DNA of 64,000 nt from Oceanispirochaeta sp. (lineage in GTDB: Bacteria > Spirochaetota > Spirochaetia > DSM-2461), in assembly GCA_963666275.2 (NCBI GenBank), contig CAXXOA010000002.1, positions 1,184,001 to 1,248,000 of the forward strand, written 5' to 3'. Positions 48,004 to 57,925 of this stretch are shown one piece after another (positions within the stretch are counted from its first letter, which is position 1; every line of letters starts with the position of its first letter). The notes under the pieces are model-generated. The model had not been told where the DNA came from and made no database searches. It worked only from the letters and a program-made list of their open reading frames with translations. The position numbers were made by a program, and so were the translations under genes.

Positions 48004-49509
48004 ATGCTATTGGAAATGAAAAATATATCAAAAAGTTTCGGAGCTGTGAAAGCTGTCCAGGATGTCTCCCTCTCTATCGGAGAAGCGGAAGTTCATGGGC
48101 TGCTGGGAGAAAACGGCGCTGGAAAATCGACTCTGATGAATGTTCTGGGGGGAATCCTCAGGCCTGACCGCGGTGTGATTGTCATCGGAGGGGAGGAGTT
48201 CACTCATCTGACTCCCTTGAAAGCCACCCATCTGGGGATCGGCTTTATCCACCAGGAGCTGAACCTGGTGAACGATCTGCATGTGTATGAGAACCTTTTT
48301 CTTCATCATGAACTGACCCGGTTCGGCGTTCTCAACAAAAAAGAGATGATACGCCGGTCTTATGAAATCTTTAAGAAAATGAATCTGGATATTGATCCTC
48401 TTGCGATGGTGGGGGATCTGGATACTTCACGAAAACAGCTGATTGAAATTGCCGGAGCGCTTTTATTCGACTGCCGTCTTATTATTATGGACGAGCCCAC
48501 AACCGCTCTGACAAATGAAGAAATCGATAACCTTTTTACAATTATCCGCGGCTTGAAAGAGCATGGGATCAGTTGTATCTATATCTCCCATAAAATGCCC
48601 GAACTCTTTGAAATCTGCGACCGCTATACTGTGATGCGGGACGGAAAGCATGTAGCTACCGGGGATTTTAAAGATATTGACGAGCATCAGGCTACTGAGA
48701 TGCTTGTGGGAAGGAGCCTTGCCGGAGAAGTGGTGGAAAAATCCAACGTTATCAATACCAATGATATTGTTATGGATGTGAAAGGTCTGAGCTGCCATAA
48801 ATTTTTCCAGGATGTCAGTTTCTCTCTTCAGAAGGGTGAGATCCTGGCCATTACCGGGCTGTTCGGTGACGGGAGGGGAGAGCTCAGTGAGTGCCTTTTT
48901 GGCGCCAGAAAGCCAACAGACGGTGCCATCCTTATGAACGGCAGGGATATGACAGGCAAGTCCATCATAAAAAATATGAAAGCCGGGATCTCCATGGTTC
49001 CCCGTAACAGAAAGGAGCGCTCCATTCTGAAGGACATGACAATCCTGGACAATCTTTCCATGGCGTATTTTACAAGCAAGCATAAAAACCTGTATATCAG
49101 CAACAGGAAAGAGCACGAACGCTATGATTCTCACAGGAAGGCTACCAATATCAAGGCGGAAAGCCCGGATAATCTGATCACCTCCCTGAGCGGCGGGAAT
49201 CAGCAGAAAGTCGTATTCTCCCGCTGGTTCGGTCTGGATTCGGATGTATTCATTCTGGATAATCCCACCCAGGGAATCGATGTGGGGGCCAAATTTGAAA
49301 TCTATCAGCTCATAACTGCTCTGGCAGAGAAGGGGAAGAGTGTTGTTGTCTTCAGCTCGGAATACCCCGAAATCCATCAGATCGCCGACAGGTGCCTGGT
49401 TCTCTACAAGGGCCGGATCAATAAAGAATTCAAACGTGATGAACTGAATGAAGTGGATGTTATGTATTATGCCACCGGTTCAAATCTCAAGGAGGCCTCA
49501 GTTGGCTGA
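48004..49509 (+). CDS. Sugar ABC transporter ATP-binding protein (CUT2, two NBDs)
   Basis: GENGAGKSTL, MDEPT, YISH, LSGGNQQK, DNPTQGIDVGAK. Confidence 0.95.
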   Translation: MLLEMKNISKSFGAVKAVQDVSLSIGEAEVHGLLGENGAGKSTLMNVLGGILRPDRGVIVIGGEEFTHLTPLKATHLGIGFIHQELNLVNDLHVYENLFLHHELTRFGVLNKKEMIRRSYEIFKKMNLDIDPLAMVGDLDTSRKQLIEIAGALLFDCRLIIMDEPTTALTNEEIDNLFTIIRGLKEHGISCIYISHKMPELFEICDRYTVMRDGKHVATGDFKDIDEHQATEMLVGRSLAGEVVEKSNVINTNDIVMDVKGLSCHKFFQDVSFSLQKGEILAITGLFGDGRGELSECLFGARKPTDGAILMNGRDMTGKSIIKNMKAGISMVPRNRKERSILKDMTILDNLSMAYFTSKHKNLYISNRKEHERYDSHRKATNIKAESPDNLITSLSGGNQQKVVFSRWFGLDSDVFILDNPTQGIDVGAKFEIYQLITALAEKGKSVVVFSSEYPEIHQIADRCLVLYKGRINKEFKRDELNEVDVMYYATGSNLKEASVG

Positions 49510-50530
49510 AAAAAATAGTGAAACCATAAGTCAGGGGGCGGTAAAATCCATGATTCTTCATAACAATGACTGGAAAACAGCAGGGAAGAAACTGCTGATC
49601 AATCACAACTATTTTATCTCTCTTGTGATTCTGCTTGTCATAGGAAGGATTGCCAGTGACCAGTTCCTGACCCTGCCCAGTCTTATCAATCTGGTGAAAT
49701 CTTCTGTCTTTATAGGAACCATTGCTCTGGGGATGACCCTGGTTATCATTTCCGGCAATATCGACCTTTCCGTAGGGTCTATGCTGGGCCTGTCCGCCGC
49801 GGTGGGTGTGGTGGTATTCAATTCCACCTATAGTGTCTTTATGGCTCTTCTGACCTGTCTGTTTATAGGCCTGCTGCTGGGGCTTTTTAACGGTATCTTT
49901 GTGGGTATCGCCAAGGTAGCTTCGTTTATCGTCACCCTGGCGACTCTGGTAGGCTACAGGTCTCTGACAGTTCAATACGGCGACGGCGGACCTCTCATTG
50001 TGGATAACGATGCGTACTTTGATCAGCTGAGGCCCATCGGATACGGAAAGATCGGAATACTTCCCTACCTTGTTCTTATTTTTGTTCTGTTAACCGTTCT
50101 TGTCTGGTTTGTGATGACCAAAACCAAATTCGGCCGCTATGTGTATGCCATCGGATCCAATGAGAAAGCGGCCCGTCTGACCGGTATCAATGTGGAGCTT
50201 GTAAAAGTTGCGATCTTTACAATCACCGGTATGCTGACCGGTGCGGCGGCTTTTCTGTATATTACCCGGTTCGGTTCGGTCGATGTGGCTACAGCCGGTA
50301 AATCCTTCGAGCTGGATGTTATTGCCGCAGTTGCCATCGGGGGGACCTCCATGGCCGGAGGACGCGGTTTCATACAGGGGTCCTTCTTCGGAGCCATTAT
50401 TCTGTACGCCATTGATGCGATTCTGTCAGCCTTCCTGGTTCCGGCGTTTGTGAATGACCTGATCAAGGGAATCCTGATCCTCGGGGCTGTTCTTCTGCAG
50501 AAAGCACTGGATCGGCGATCTGTAGACTGA
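49502..50530 (+). CDS. Sugar ABC transporter permease
   Basis: GMTLVIISGNIDLSVGS, FGRYVYAIGSNEKAARLTGI, ELDVIAAVAIGG. Start approximate (TTG 49502). Confidence 0.93.
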   Translation: MAEKNSETISQGAVKSMILHNNDWKTAGKKLLINHNYFISLVILLVIGRIASDQFLTLPSLINLVKSSVFIGTIALGMTLVIISGNIDLSVGSMLGLSAAVGVVVFNSTYSVFMALLTCLFIGLLLGLFNGIFVGIAKVASFIVTLATLVGYRSLTVQYGDGGPLIVDNDAYFDQLRPIGYGKIGILPYLVLIFVLLTVLVWFVMTKTKFGRYVYAIGSNEKAARLTGINVELVKVAIFTITGMLTGAAAFLYITRFGSVDVATAGKSFELDVIAAVAIGGTSMAGGRGFIQGSFFGAIILYAIDAILSAFLVPAFVNDLIKGILILGAVLLQKALDRRSVD

Positions 50531-50542
50531 TGGGAGATTGAA

Positions 50543-50597
50543 TAAAAAAAAGTCTCCCGGGAAGGCGCAGTAGAGTTCTATCGGGAGACTCTTTTTT
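50543..50597. terminator. Probable bidirectional terminator
   Basis: A run - AGTCTCCCG…CGGGAGACT - T run. Confidence 0.6.
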
Positions 50598-50944
50598 CTC
50601 AGTTTCAGTTCAAATCCCTTCTAAAATCTATCCTTATTTTTGCAAATCTTTATTTCCCCGAGTTTTTAAATGGATTTCTCTATCTTATCTTGAACTCCCT
50701 TTCTTGTGGCAGGATCAGGCTTTATATTTAACAACTACTTAAAATATATCAAATAGTGAAATTTAAATAGTTTAAATATACTGAATTTCCTATAAAAGAG
50801 AAGATATATCCAATAATGTTTAGTTTAAGTCGTTTTTTAAGTATTGAAAAGTAGCTTAAAATTAATTGAAAATATAAAATATTAAGTTGACAGTTTTTGA
50901 AATTCACTGTTATAGTCTTCTTGAAATCAAATAGGAGGCTTTTT

Positions 50945-51895
50945 GTGAAAAGAGTATTGTTAGTCATGACAATGATGTTTGCAGTTCTTTCGTTTGCTAT
51001 GGCGGAAGGTCAGAAGGAAGATGATGGGAAAGTACGTGTGGGAGCATCTATTTTAACTTCTTCTCATCCATTTTATCAGTCTATAAAAGTTGCACTGGAA
51101 GAAGAGGCAGCTGCCCGGGATGTAGAAATTTCAATTGCTGTTGCAGATCAGGATCTAAACCGCCAGCTTTCTGCTGTTGAAGATTTTATCAATAAACAGG
51201 TAGATGTAATCATAATTACACCTGTAGATTCTGATGGTGTCGTGGGGGCAATTCTTAAAGCAAAAAATGCTGGAATCCCTGTGATCACTGTCGATATCCC
51301 TGCTAATGGGATTGAGGTAGACGCTCATATTGCAACCGATAATTATACAGGTGGTAAACTGGCTGGCCAGGCTATGGCCCAGTATCTTGATTATTCAGGT
51401 AAAGTTGCACTTATCACTTATCCAGAAGTTCAGTCTGTTAGAGACAGAATTGATGGATTTAAAGAACAGGTAGCTCAATATGATGGTATTGAGATTGTAA
51501 CTGAGCTTCCAGGAAGAACCCGTGAAGAAGCAAAAACTGCTACTGAAGATATGATGACTGCTCATCCCGAGGTAACAGGTGTGTTCGGTTTCGGAGATGA
51601 TATGGCCATTGCAGCAACAACAGTTATTAAAGAAAGAAGTGCTGATGCAATTGTAATTGGATTCGACGGAATGGATGAGGGTAGGAAAACTGTTGATGCA
51701 GATAATGCCTTTAAAGCGGTTGTTATGCAGGCCCCTGATAGAATGGGTAAAACAGCCATTGACCTTGCTTTAAAAATTACCAATGGTGAATCTGTTGAAA
51801 AAAATATTCCTATCGTTCCAGGTCTTTATATTTTTGGTCCGGGAGAAGTGCCTGTTTCTCTCGATGGAGATCAGATCTCTTTTGAAATTGAATAA
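50945..51895 (+). CDS. Sugar ABC transporter substrate-binding protein (RbsB-like)
   Basis: HPFY, AGIPVITVD, TDNY.GG.LAG, IGFDG; GTG start after AGGAGG; TTGACA…TATAGT promoter at 50887-50916. Confidence 0.92.
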   Translation: MKRVLLVMTMMFAVLSFAMAEGQKEDDGKVRVGASILTSSHPFYQSIKVALEEEAAARDVEISIAVADQDLNRQLSAVEDFINKQVDVIIITPVDSDGVVGAILKAKNAGIPVITVDIPANGIEVDAHIATDNYTGGKLAGQAMAQYLDYSGKVALITYPEVQSVRDRIDGFKEQVAQYDGIEIVTELPGRTREEAKTATEDMMTAHPEVTGVFGFGDDMAIAATTVIKERSADAIVIGFDGMDEGRKTVDADNAFKAVVMQAPDRMGKTAIDLALKITNGESVEKNIPIVPGLYIFGPGEVPVSLDGDQISFEIE

Positions 51896-51959
51896 GTTTG
51901 AATAAATGAAATTAGATGAGCTGGTATGGTTTTACCAGCTCTTTTATTAGGGAGTCTAT

Positions 51960-53438
51960 ATGCTGGAAGTAAAGGGTATCACTAAGTTGTACCCCGGAGT
52001 CAAAGCGCTGGATAGAGTAAATTTGAAAGTGGAGCCCGGTTTAGTGCATGGACTGATGGGAGAGAATGGTGCAGGGAAATCCACATTAATGAAAATTTTG
52101 GCTGGTACTGAGAATCCTAATGGAGGAGAAATCCTTATTGACGGGGAGTCGGTTGCTATTGATTCAGTTGAAGCTTCTCATGAATCCGGTATCTCAATCG
52201 TTTATCAGGAATTAAGCCTGTTTAATAATTTAACTGTAGCTCAAAACCTTTTTGCCATGAAGGAAATGATGTCAAAAGGGAAGTTCCTCATAAATGATAA
52301 ATCCATGGAAAAAGAAGCTGATCAGCTTCTGAGATCATACGGGATCAATATTGATTCGTCCCTTCCTGTTTTAAAGTTATCTATCTCCGAAAGGCAACTG
52401 GTGGAAATTGTTAAAGCTGTCCGTCTCAATCCTCGTTTTCTGATACTTGATGAGCCTACTTCGTCTTTGAGTGAGGAAGAGGTAAAAATCCTCTTTTCCA
52501 TAATCGGAAAACTTAAAGAAAAAGGCTGTGCAATCATATATATCTCTCATAAAATGAGTGAGATTTTTACCATTTGTGATCTGGTCACAGTTTTCAGGGA
52601 CGGCAAATACATCGGTACCGATTCCGTGGAAAATCTAAATCAGGCCGAATTGGTAAAAATGATGATAGGAAGGGATCTTCAGCACGCTTTTCCTGAGAAA
52701 ATCGACTCTGTAAGAGAAGACGATGCCATTCGTGTCGAGAATCTGACAAATGAACCTTTCTACCATGATGTTTCTTTTCATGTTAAGAAAGGAGAAATTT
52801 ATGGGTTATACGGACTTGTCGGTTCTGGTAGAACAGAAATTATGAAAGGTCTGTTCGGTATCCTTCCCAGACAAGAGGGGAACATTTCAATTAACGGAGA
52901 GACTCTTCATATTGATTCGCCTCAGAAAGCCATTTCTTCAGGGATCGCCTTTGTTACTGAAAATAGAAAAGAGGAAGGCCTTATCCTTACTTCTTCCATA
53001 GAAGAAAATATATCAATGGTGAGGATTGATCATATTCTTGAGCATGGCTTTATCAACTCGAGAAAAGAGAAGAATATTGCCCAGAAACATATCAATGGAT
53101 TCAGAATTAAAACCCCCGGTTCTGAACAGATAGTTAATAACCTGAGCGGCGGGAATCAGCAGAAAGTTGTTCTGGCAAAGTGGTTTGAACATAATCCGGA
53201 AATTTTTATTCTGGATGAGCCGACAAGGGGTATTGATGTGGGTGCCAAGTTTGAGATCTATCAGGTTATCCAGGAGTTGGTGAAGAAGGGTGTTGCTGTC
53301 ATCCTGATTTCTTCTGAACTTCCTGAAATCATGAATCTCTGCCACAGGGTCGGTCTTGTTCGGGATTTTTCCATAATCCATGATGTCAGTACCGATGATA
53401 TCACTGAAGATCAGATTCTTATGAAACTTACTGAATAG
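51960..53438 (+). CDS. Sugar ABC transporter ATP-binding protein
   Basis: GENGAGKSTL, LDEPT, LSGGNQQK, DEPTRGIDVGAK. Confidence 0.95.
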   Translation: MLEVKGITKLYPGVKALDRVNLKVEPGLVHGLMGENGAGKSTLMKILAGTENPNGGEILIDGESVAIDSVEASHESGISIVYQELSLFNNLTVAQNLFAMKEMMSKGKFLINDKSMEKEADQLLRSYGINIDSSLPVLKLSISERQLVEIVKAVRLNPRFLILDEPTSSLSEEEVKILFSIIGKLKEKGCAIIYISHKMSEIFTICDLVTVFRDGKYIGTDSVENLNQAELVKMMIGRDLQHAFPEKIDSVREDDAIRVENLTNEPFYHDVSFHVKKGEIYGLYGLVGSGRTEIMKGLFGILPRQEGNISINGETLHIDSPQKAISSGIAFVTENRKEEGLILTSSIEENISMVRIDHILEHGFINSRKEKNIAQKHINGFRIKTPGSEQIVNNLSGGNQQKVVLAKWFEHNPEIFILDEPTRGIDVGAKFEIYQVIQELVKKGVAVILISSELPEIMNLCHRVGLVRDFSIIHDVSTDDITEDQILMKLTE

Positions 53439-53451
53439 AAAGGGTATAATT

Positions 53452-54411
53452 GTGAAGATCAATATAAAAAATAGATTTCTCAGAGATTTTGGTGGAATCC
53501 TTATTGCTTTATTTATTATAGCAGCATTTTTTTCTGTGTTGAGTCAGTACTTTCTGACCATTAACAACCTGTTGAGCGTATTGCTTCAGGTTTCCATTAT
53601 CTCGATTACTGCATTTGGGATGACTTATGCTCTGATGATAGGGGGTATCGATTTATCTGTAGGATCGGTTATTGCACTGGCAGGAATGGTTTTTGCTTTG
53701 GTTCTTAATGGAACAGGTGTTCTGTTCTTCGCTGTGATAGCTGCATTATTTGCCGGTCTTATAGCAGGATGTATCAATGGTCTCATCGTTGCTAAATTTG
53801 AAATTCCACCTTTTATAGTCACCGTGGCTTCCATGGGGATCTTCCGCGGAATAGCTTATTCTTTTACTGACTCAAAGCCTGTTCCCATCGATATGCCCAG
53901 TGCTCTGGCCATAGGAAATAACAGATTTCTGTTTATTCCCATTCCGGTTTGGATTGTTTTTATTCTACTTGTTATCTCTCATATTGTTCTGGATAAAACC
54001 AGGATGGGACGACAGACAAAGCTTGTTGGAGGTAACCGGGAATCTGCCAGGTATGCGGGAGTGAATATCTTTAAAATAGAGATACTTGTTTTCATGATTA
54101 CAGGTCTGGCATCTGCTGTCAGCGGAATTATTTTGACTTCCAGACTTTATTCAGCACAGCCCAATTCCGCTATGGGTTATGAACTGGATGCCATAGCAGC
54201 AGCTGTTTTGGGTGGTACCAGTTTATCTGGTGGTTATGGATCGGTAATCGGAACTTTCCTGGGAGCTCTTATCATTGGAATTGTCAATAACGGGATGAAC
54301 CTGATGGGGCTTTCCTACTTTTATCAGCTGATAATCAAAGGGATTATTATTCTGATCGCTGTTTATGTGGATATCAGGAATAAAAAAGAAATGTTAAAGG
54401 CAAATAATTGA
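53452..54411 (+). CDS. Sugar ABC transporter permease (RbsC-like)
   Basis: GGIDLSVGS, GGNRESARYAG, GYELDAIAAAVLGGTSL.GG.G. Confidence 0.93.
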   Translation: MKINIKNRFLRDFGGILIALFIIAAFFSVLSQYFLTINNLLSVLLQVSIISITAFGMTYALMIGGIDLSVGSVIALAGMVFALVLNGTGVLFFAVIAALFAGLIAGCINGLIVAKFEIPPFIVTVASMGIFRGIAYSFTDSKPVPIDMPSALAIGNNRFLFIPIPVWIVFILLVISHIVLDKTRMGRQTKLVGGNRESARYAGVNIFKIEILVFMITGLASAVSGIILTSRLYSAQPNSAMGYELDAIAAAVLGGTSLSGGYGSVIGTFLGALIIGIVNNGMNLMGLSYFYQLIIKGIIILIAVYVDIRNKKEMLKANN

Positions 54412-55337
54412 TGAAGAAGATCTTGGTAATAGGAGAAATCCTTGTTGAAATAATGGCCGAGGACCTTGATCAGTCATTTCTCGGAGAAGGAAAGTTTACA
54501 GGTCCTTATGCAAGTGGGGCCCCTGCGATATTTATTGATCAAGTAGCAAAATTTCATGTTCCTGCTACAATTCTATCAGCCGTAGGGGATGATGATTTTG
54601 GAGCACTCTGTATAAAAAGGCTGTCGGGTGATGGTGTGGATACCGGAGCTATCCGGGTAATCACAGATACTTCAACAGGTGTCGCTTTTGTTCGATATAA
54701 TTCAGACGGATCCAGAAATTTTATTTACCACATAAACAACGCGGCCTGCGGTAGAGTTTCCCTTGACGATCTCGCGAATATTAAATGGCAAGAATTGGGT
54801 GTCTTTCATATTATGGGATCATCCATTTTCAACAAAGACATGTTTGCAATTCATAAAGAAGCTATTAAAATGATACCGGATGATTGCATTATTTCTTTTG
54901 ATCCCAATGTCCGTCCCGAAATCCTGAATACTGATCCTGAATTGAGAGATCTCATACAGGAACTGTTCGGGATATGCAAAGTCCTATTTGTAACAGAAGA
55001 AGAACTGGAGTTTCTTTCTGGAACTGATAGTCCTGATAAAGCTCTTAAAAATTGTTTTTCTAAAGGTATTGAAGCGGTTATAGTTAAACGTGGAGCTGAA
55101 GGGGCCTCTCTTTTTACCGATGGGACCCGATACGATGCTTCAAAAATTGATATTCCGGCAATCGATCCTACAGGAGCCGGAGATACCTTTGCTGGCGCTT
55201 TTATGGCAGGGTATGTTTTGGGATGGCCTCTGGAGGAGTGTCTTGAAACGGCAAATATAGCCGGTACTTCAGCGGTTATCAAACGGGGACCTATGGAAGG
55301 AACTCTCAAACTGGAAGATAAAGATTCCGTAATTTAA
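54411..55337 (+). CDS. PfkB family sugar kinase (tagatose-kinase-like)
   Basis: IGEILVEIMA…GPYASGAPAIFIDQVA, FDPNVRPE, DPTGAGDTF. Confidence 0.9.
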   Translation: MKKILVIGEILVEIMAEDLDQSFLGEGKFTGPYASGAPAIFIDQVAKFHVPATILSAVGDDDFGALCIKRLSGDGVDTGAIRVITDTSTGVAFVRYNSDGSRNFIYHINNAACGRVSLDDLANIKWQELGVFHIMGSSIFNKDMFAIHKEAIKMIPDDCIISFDPNVRPEILNTDPELRDLIQELFGICKVLFVTEEELEFLSGTDSPDKALKNCFSKGIEAVIVKRGAEGASLFTDGTRYDASKIDIPAIDPTGAGDTFAGAFMAGYVLGWPLEECLETANIAGTSAVIKRGPMEGTLKLEDKDSVI

Positions 55338-55355
55338 TAAAGCAAGGTTTAGGTC

Positions 55356-56396
55356 GTGAGCAAAAAAAACAGAAAAGTATCGCTGAAAGAAATAGCTCAG
55401 ATAGAAAATGTATCTATCGCTTCAGTTTCAATGGCATTATCGGGAAAGTCCGGTATTTCCAGGGAAGTGGCCGACCGGATAAAAAAAACAGCAGATGAAT
55501 TAGGCTATGTACCATCAAAAAGGGAAAGATCCAGTGGAAAAAGACTGGGAAGCATTGCCATTCTCCAGCCGATTGATGAATTCAGTATGCATTCCTGGAA
55601 TATCTTTACAAGAATCATCAAACAGATAGAACAATATCTATTGGGGAATGATTTTTTCCCGGTTATTATTCCTGTAAATAGTATTATTTCAACGGAAAAT
55701 ACACTGAAAAAACTGCTGGAAATGAATGTTAAAGCGGTTATCTCTATACATCATCTCGAAGAGTCTCTTTTTCAAGAACTAGGAGAAAATAACATTTCCG
55801 TTGTGATCATTAATAATAGTTCCCTGGAAGATTCATATACTTCCGTTCTTGTTGACGATTTCCAGGGAGCTTATAATGCTGCTTTGGAGCTTGTGAATAA
55901 CGGGCATAAGGAGATTCTCTATGTCGACTATCCCAGGACTGATCTTCCGAATATCCTAATGGACAGACGTATGGGGGTTCAAAAGGCATCTTTGGAATTT
56001 GCAGGTTCTGGACACAATTTCCATATGCTGGAGATACCCAACTATGATTCGAGCTCAATTCGAGAAGGGCTGGAAATACTCAAGCATAAAAATATTACTG
56101 CTGTACTTTCTCATGACGATTATCTGGAAGCCAGTCTGTTCATGGTAATAAAAGAACTTGGATATTCCGTACCGAATGATATCTCCATGATAGCAACAGG
56201 GGGAGGAGTTCTTGATTATTCCATTGCATCTACTCCCCAGCTTTCTGCCTATGAACTGGATGTCGACCTCATTGGTAAAATCGCTGGTGAGGAAACAATA
56301 CGTCTGGTTAGTTCCGGGCAAAAAGAAATTAGAGCTTTAAGAACGAAGCAACTTTTTAAAGACCGTAATAGCGTAAAAAATTTGAATAAAAAGTAA
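55356..56396 (+). CDS. LacI family regulator
   Basis: VSLKEIAQ..NVSIASVSMALSG…A.ELGY.P; GY.VP.DIS. Confidence 0.88.
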   Translation: MSKKNRKVSLKEIAQIENVSIASVSMALSGKSGISREVADRIKKTADELGYVPSKRERSSGKRLGSIAILQPIDEFSMHSWNIFTRIIKQIEQYLLGNDFFPVIIPVNSIISTENTLKKLLEMNVKAVISIHHLEESLFQELGENNISVVIINNSSLEDSYTSVLVDDFQGAYNAALELVNNGHKEILYVDYPRTDLPNILMDRRMGVQKASLEFAGSGHNFHMLEIPNYDSSSIREGLEILKHKNITAVLSHDDYLEASLFMVIKELGYSVPNDISMIATGGGVLDYSIASTPQLSAYELDVDLIGKIAGEETIRLVSSGQKEIRALRTKQLFKDRNSVKNLNKK

Positions 56397-56412
56397 AAAG
56401 GTCTAAATTTTT

Positions 56413-57720
56413 ATGAGCGCCATAAATGATTTTCTGCAACTTATGAAAGACAATAAAGCGGGAAAACCCCGGGGGATCTATTCGATCTGCTCGGCTCATC
56501 CCGATGTGATCCGGGCCAGTATGCTTCAGGCTCTGGAGGACGGCTCTATCGTGCTGATCGAGTCCACAAGCAATCAGGTGGACCAGTTCGGCGGCTATAC
56601 GGGCATGACTCCTCCCGAGTTTGTGAGCTATGTGAAAGACCTGGCCGGCGAAGTCTCTTTCCCCGAAGAGAAAATCCTTCTGGGAGGGGATCATCTGGGC
56701 CCCAATGCCTGGCAGAGCCTGCCGGCGGAAGAGGCCATGAAGAATGCCCGGGATCTTGTGGAAGCCTATGTGAAAGCGGGGTATCAGAAGATCCATCTGG
56801 ATGCCAGCATGTACTGCGCCGACGATGAGGGGGACCGGCATAAACCCCTGGCCGATGAAATTGTTTCCGCCCGGGCGGCAGAGCTCTGCGCCGTAGCCGA
56901 AACGACCTGGGAGAAATACTGCCAGGGCCAGCCGAAACCTGTCTATATCATCGGAACGGAAGTTCCCATTCCCGGCGGGGCTCAGGAGGAGGAAGAGACG
57001 GTAACGCCCACCTCTTCTGCCGATGCGGCCCGGACCATTGAAGTGACAAAGGCTGCCTTTGCGTCGAAAGGTCTGGATGACGCCTGGAGCCGGGTGATCG
57101 GTGTGGTGGTACAGCCGGGGGTTGAGTTCGGAGACGATCAGGTGTTCCATTACGACAGCGCTGCCGCGGCGGACCTGAGCCGGATGATTGAGGGAACCGA
57201 CCAGCTCGTTTATGAAGCCCATTCCACGGACTATCAGAGCGAAACCGGCCTGACCAGCCTTGTGAAGGACCACTACTGCATTCTGAAAGTAGGCCCCTGG
57301 ATGACCTTTGCCTTCCGGGAAGCCCTGTTCGCCCTGGCGGATATGGAGAAGGAGCTTCTGGGAGCATCGGGAGTTGAACTCTCCCGTCTGAAGGAGACCC
57401 TGGAGGAGGTCATGATGGAGGATCCGAAGTACTGGAAAAAGTACTATCCCGGTTCGGAAGAGGAGCAGCTGTTCAAACGGAAATACAGCTTCAGCGACAG
57501 GAGCCGCTACTACTGGCCCGATAAAAGGCTCACCGCTTCGATTGAGCTGCTGAAGAAGAACCTGGACGGGAAGGGGATCCCCCTGAGCATGCTGAGTCAG
57601 TATATGCCGAACCAGTACAATGCGGTGCAGGAGGGGAAGATCGCCCTGAAGGCACAGGATCTGATTATAAGTCGGATCCGGGATGTGGTGGGAATCTACG
57701 CCCGGGCCTGCGGATTTTAA
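56413..57720 (+). CDS. gatZ: GatZ/KbaZ family protein (probable tagatose-6-phosphate 4-epimerase)
   Basis: SICSAHP, IESTSNQVDQFGGYTGM, GGDHLGP, KIHLDASM, GTEVPIPGG, VVQPGVEF, EAHSTDYQ, LKVGP, SDRSRYYW. Confidence 0.92.
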   Translation: MSAINDFLQLMKDNKAGKPRGIYSICSAHPDVIRASMLQALEDGSIVLIESTSNQVDQFGGYTGMTPPEFVSYVKDLAGEVSFPEEKILLGGDHLGPNAWQSLPAEEAMKNARDLVEAYVKAGYQKIHLDASMYCADDEGDRHKPLADEIVSARAAELCAVAETTWEKYCQGQPKPVYIIGTEVPIPGGAQEEEETVTPTSSADAARTIEVTKAAFASKGLDDAWSRVIGVVVQPGVEFGDDQVFHYDSAAAADLSRMIEGTDQLVYEAHSTDYQSETGLTSLVKDHYCILKVGPWMTFAFREALFALADMEKELLGASGVELSRLKETLEEVMMEDPKYWKKYYPGSEEEQLFKRKYSFSDRSRYYWPDKRLTASIELLKKNLDGKGIPLSMLSQYMPNQYNAVQEGKIALKAQDLIISRIRDVVGIYARACGF

Positions 57721-57731
57721 ACAGATATCAG

Positions 57732-57763
57732 AGGGTATGCCCCAACGGGTATACCCTTTTTTT
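57732..57763 (+). terminator. Intrinsic terminator
   Basis: AGGGTATGCC…GGTATACCCT plus T run. Confidence 0.75.
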
Positions 57764-57925
57764 GTATCTTAACCTGTCTCTGCCTGCAGAAAAAAAAGAA
57801 ACAGGCAGAAAAATATTTCCATAACTGTCATTTCTCTCTGTATAATCACTATAGGCGAGTCCTTCTGATCTATAGTCCGGTCAGAGCAGGCCGTCTGTAA
57901 TAATTCAAGGGAGTCACAGATTCTT

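Noticed and set aside
50945..54411. Naming the second ABC system rbsBAC
   Set aside because: Ribose-family similarity is generic; the linked kinase and GatZ point to another sugar and no rbsD or rbsK is present.
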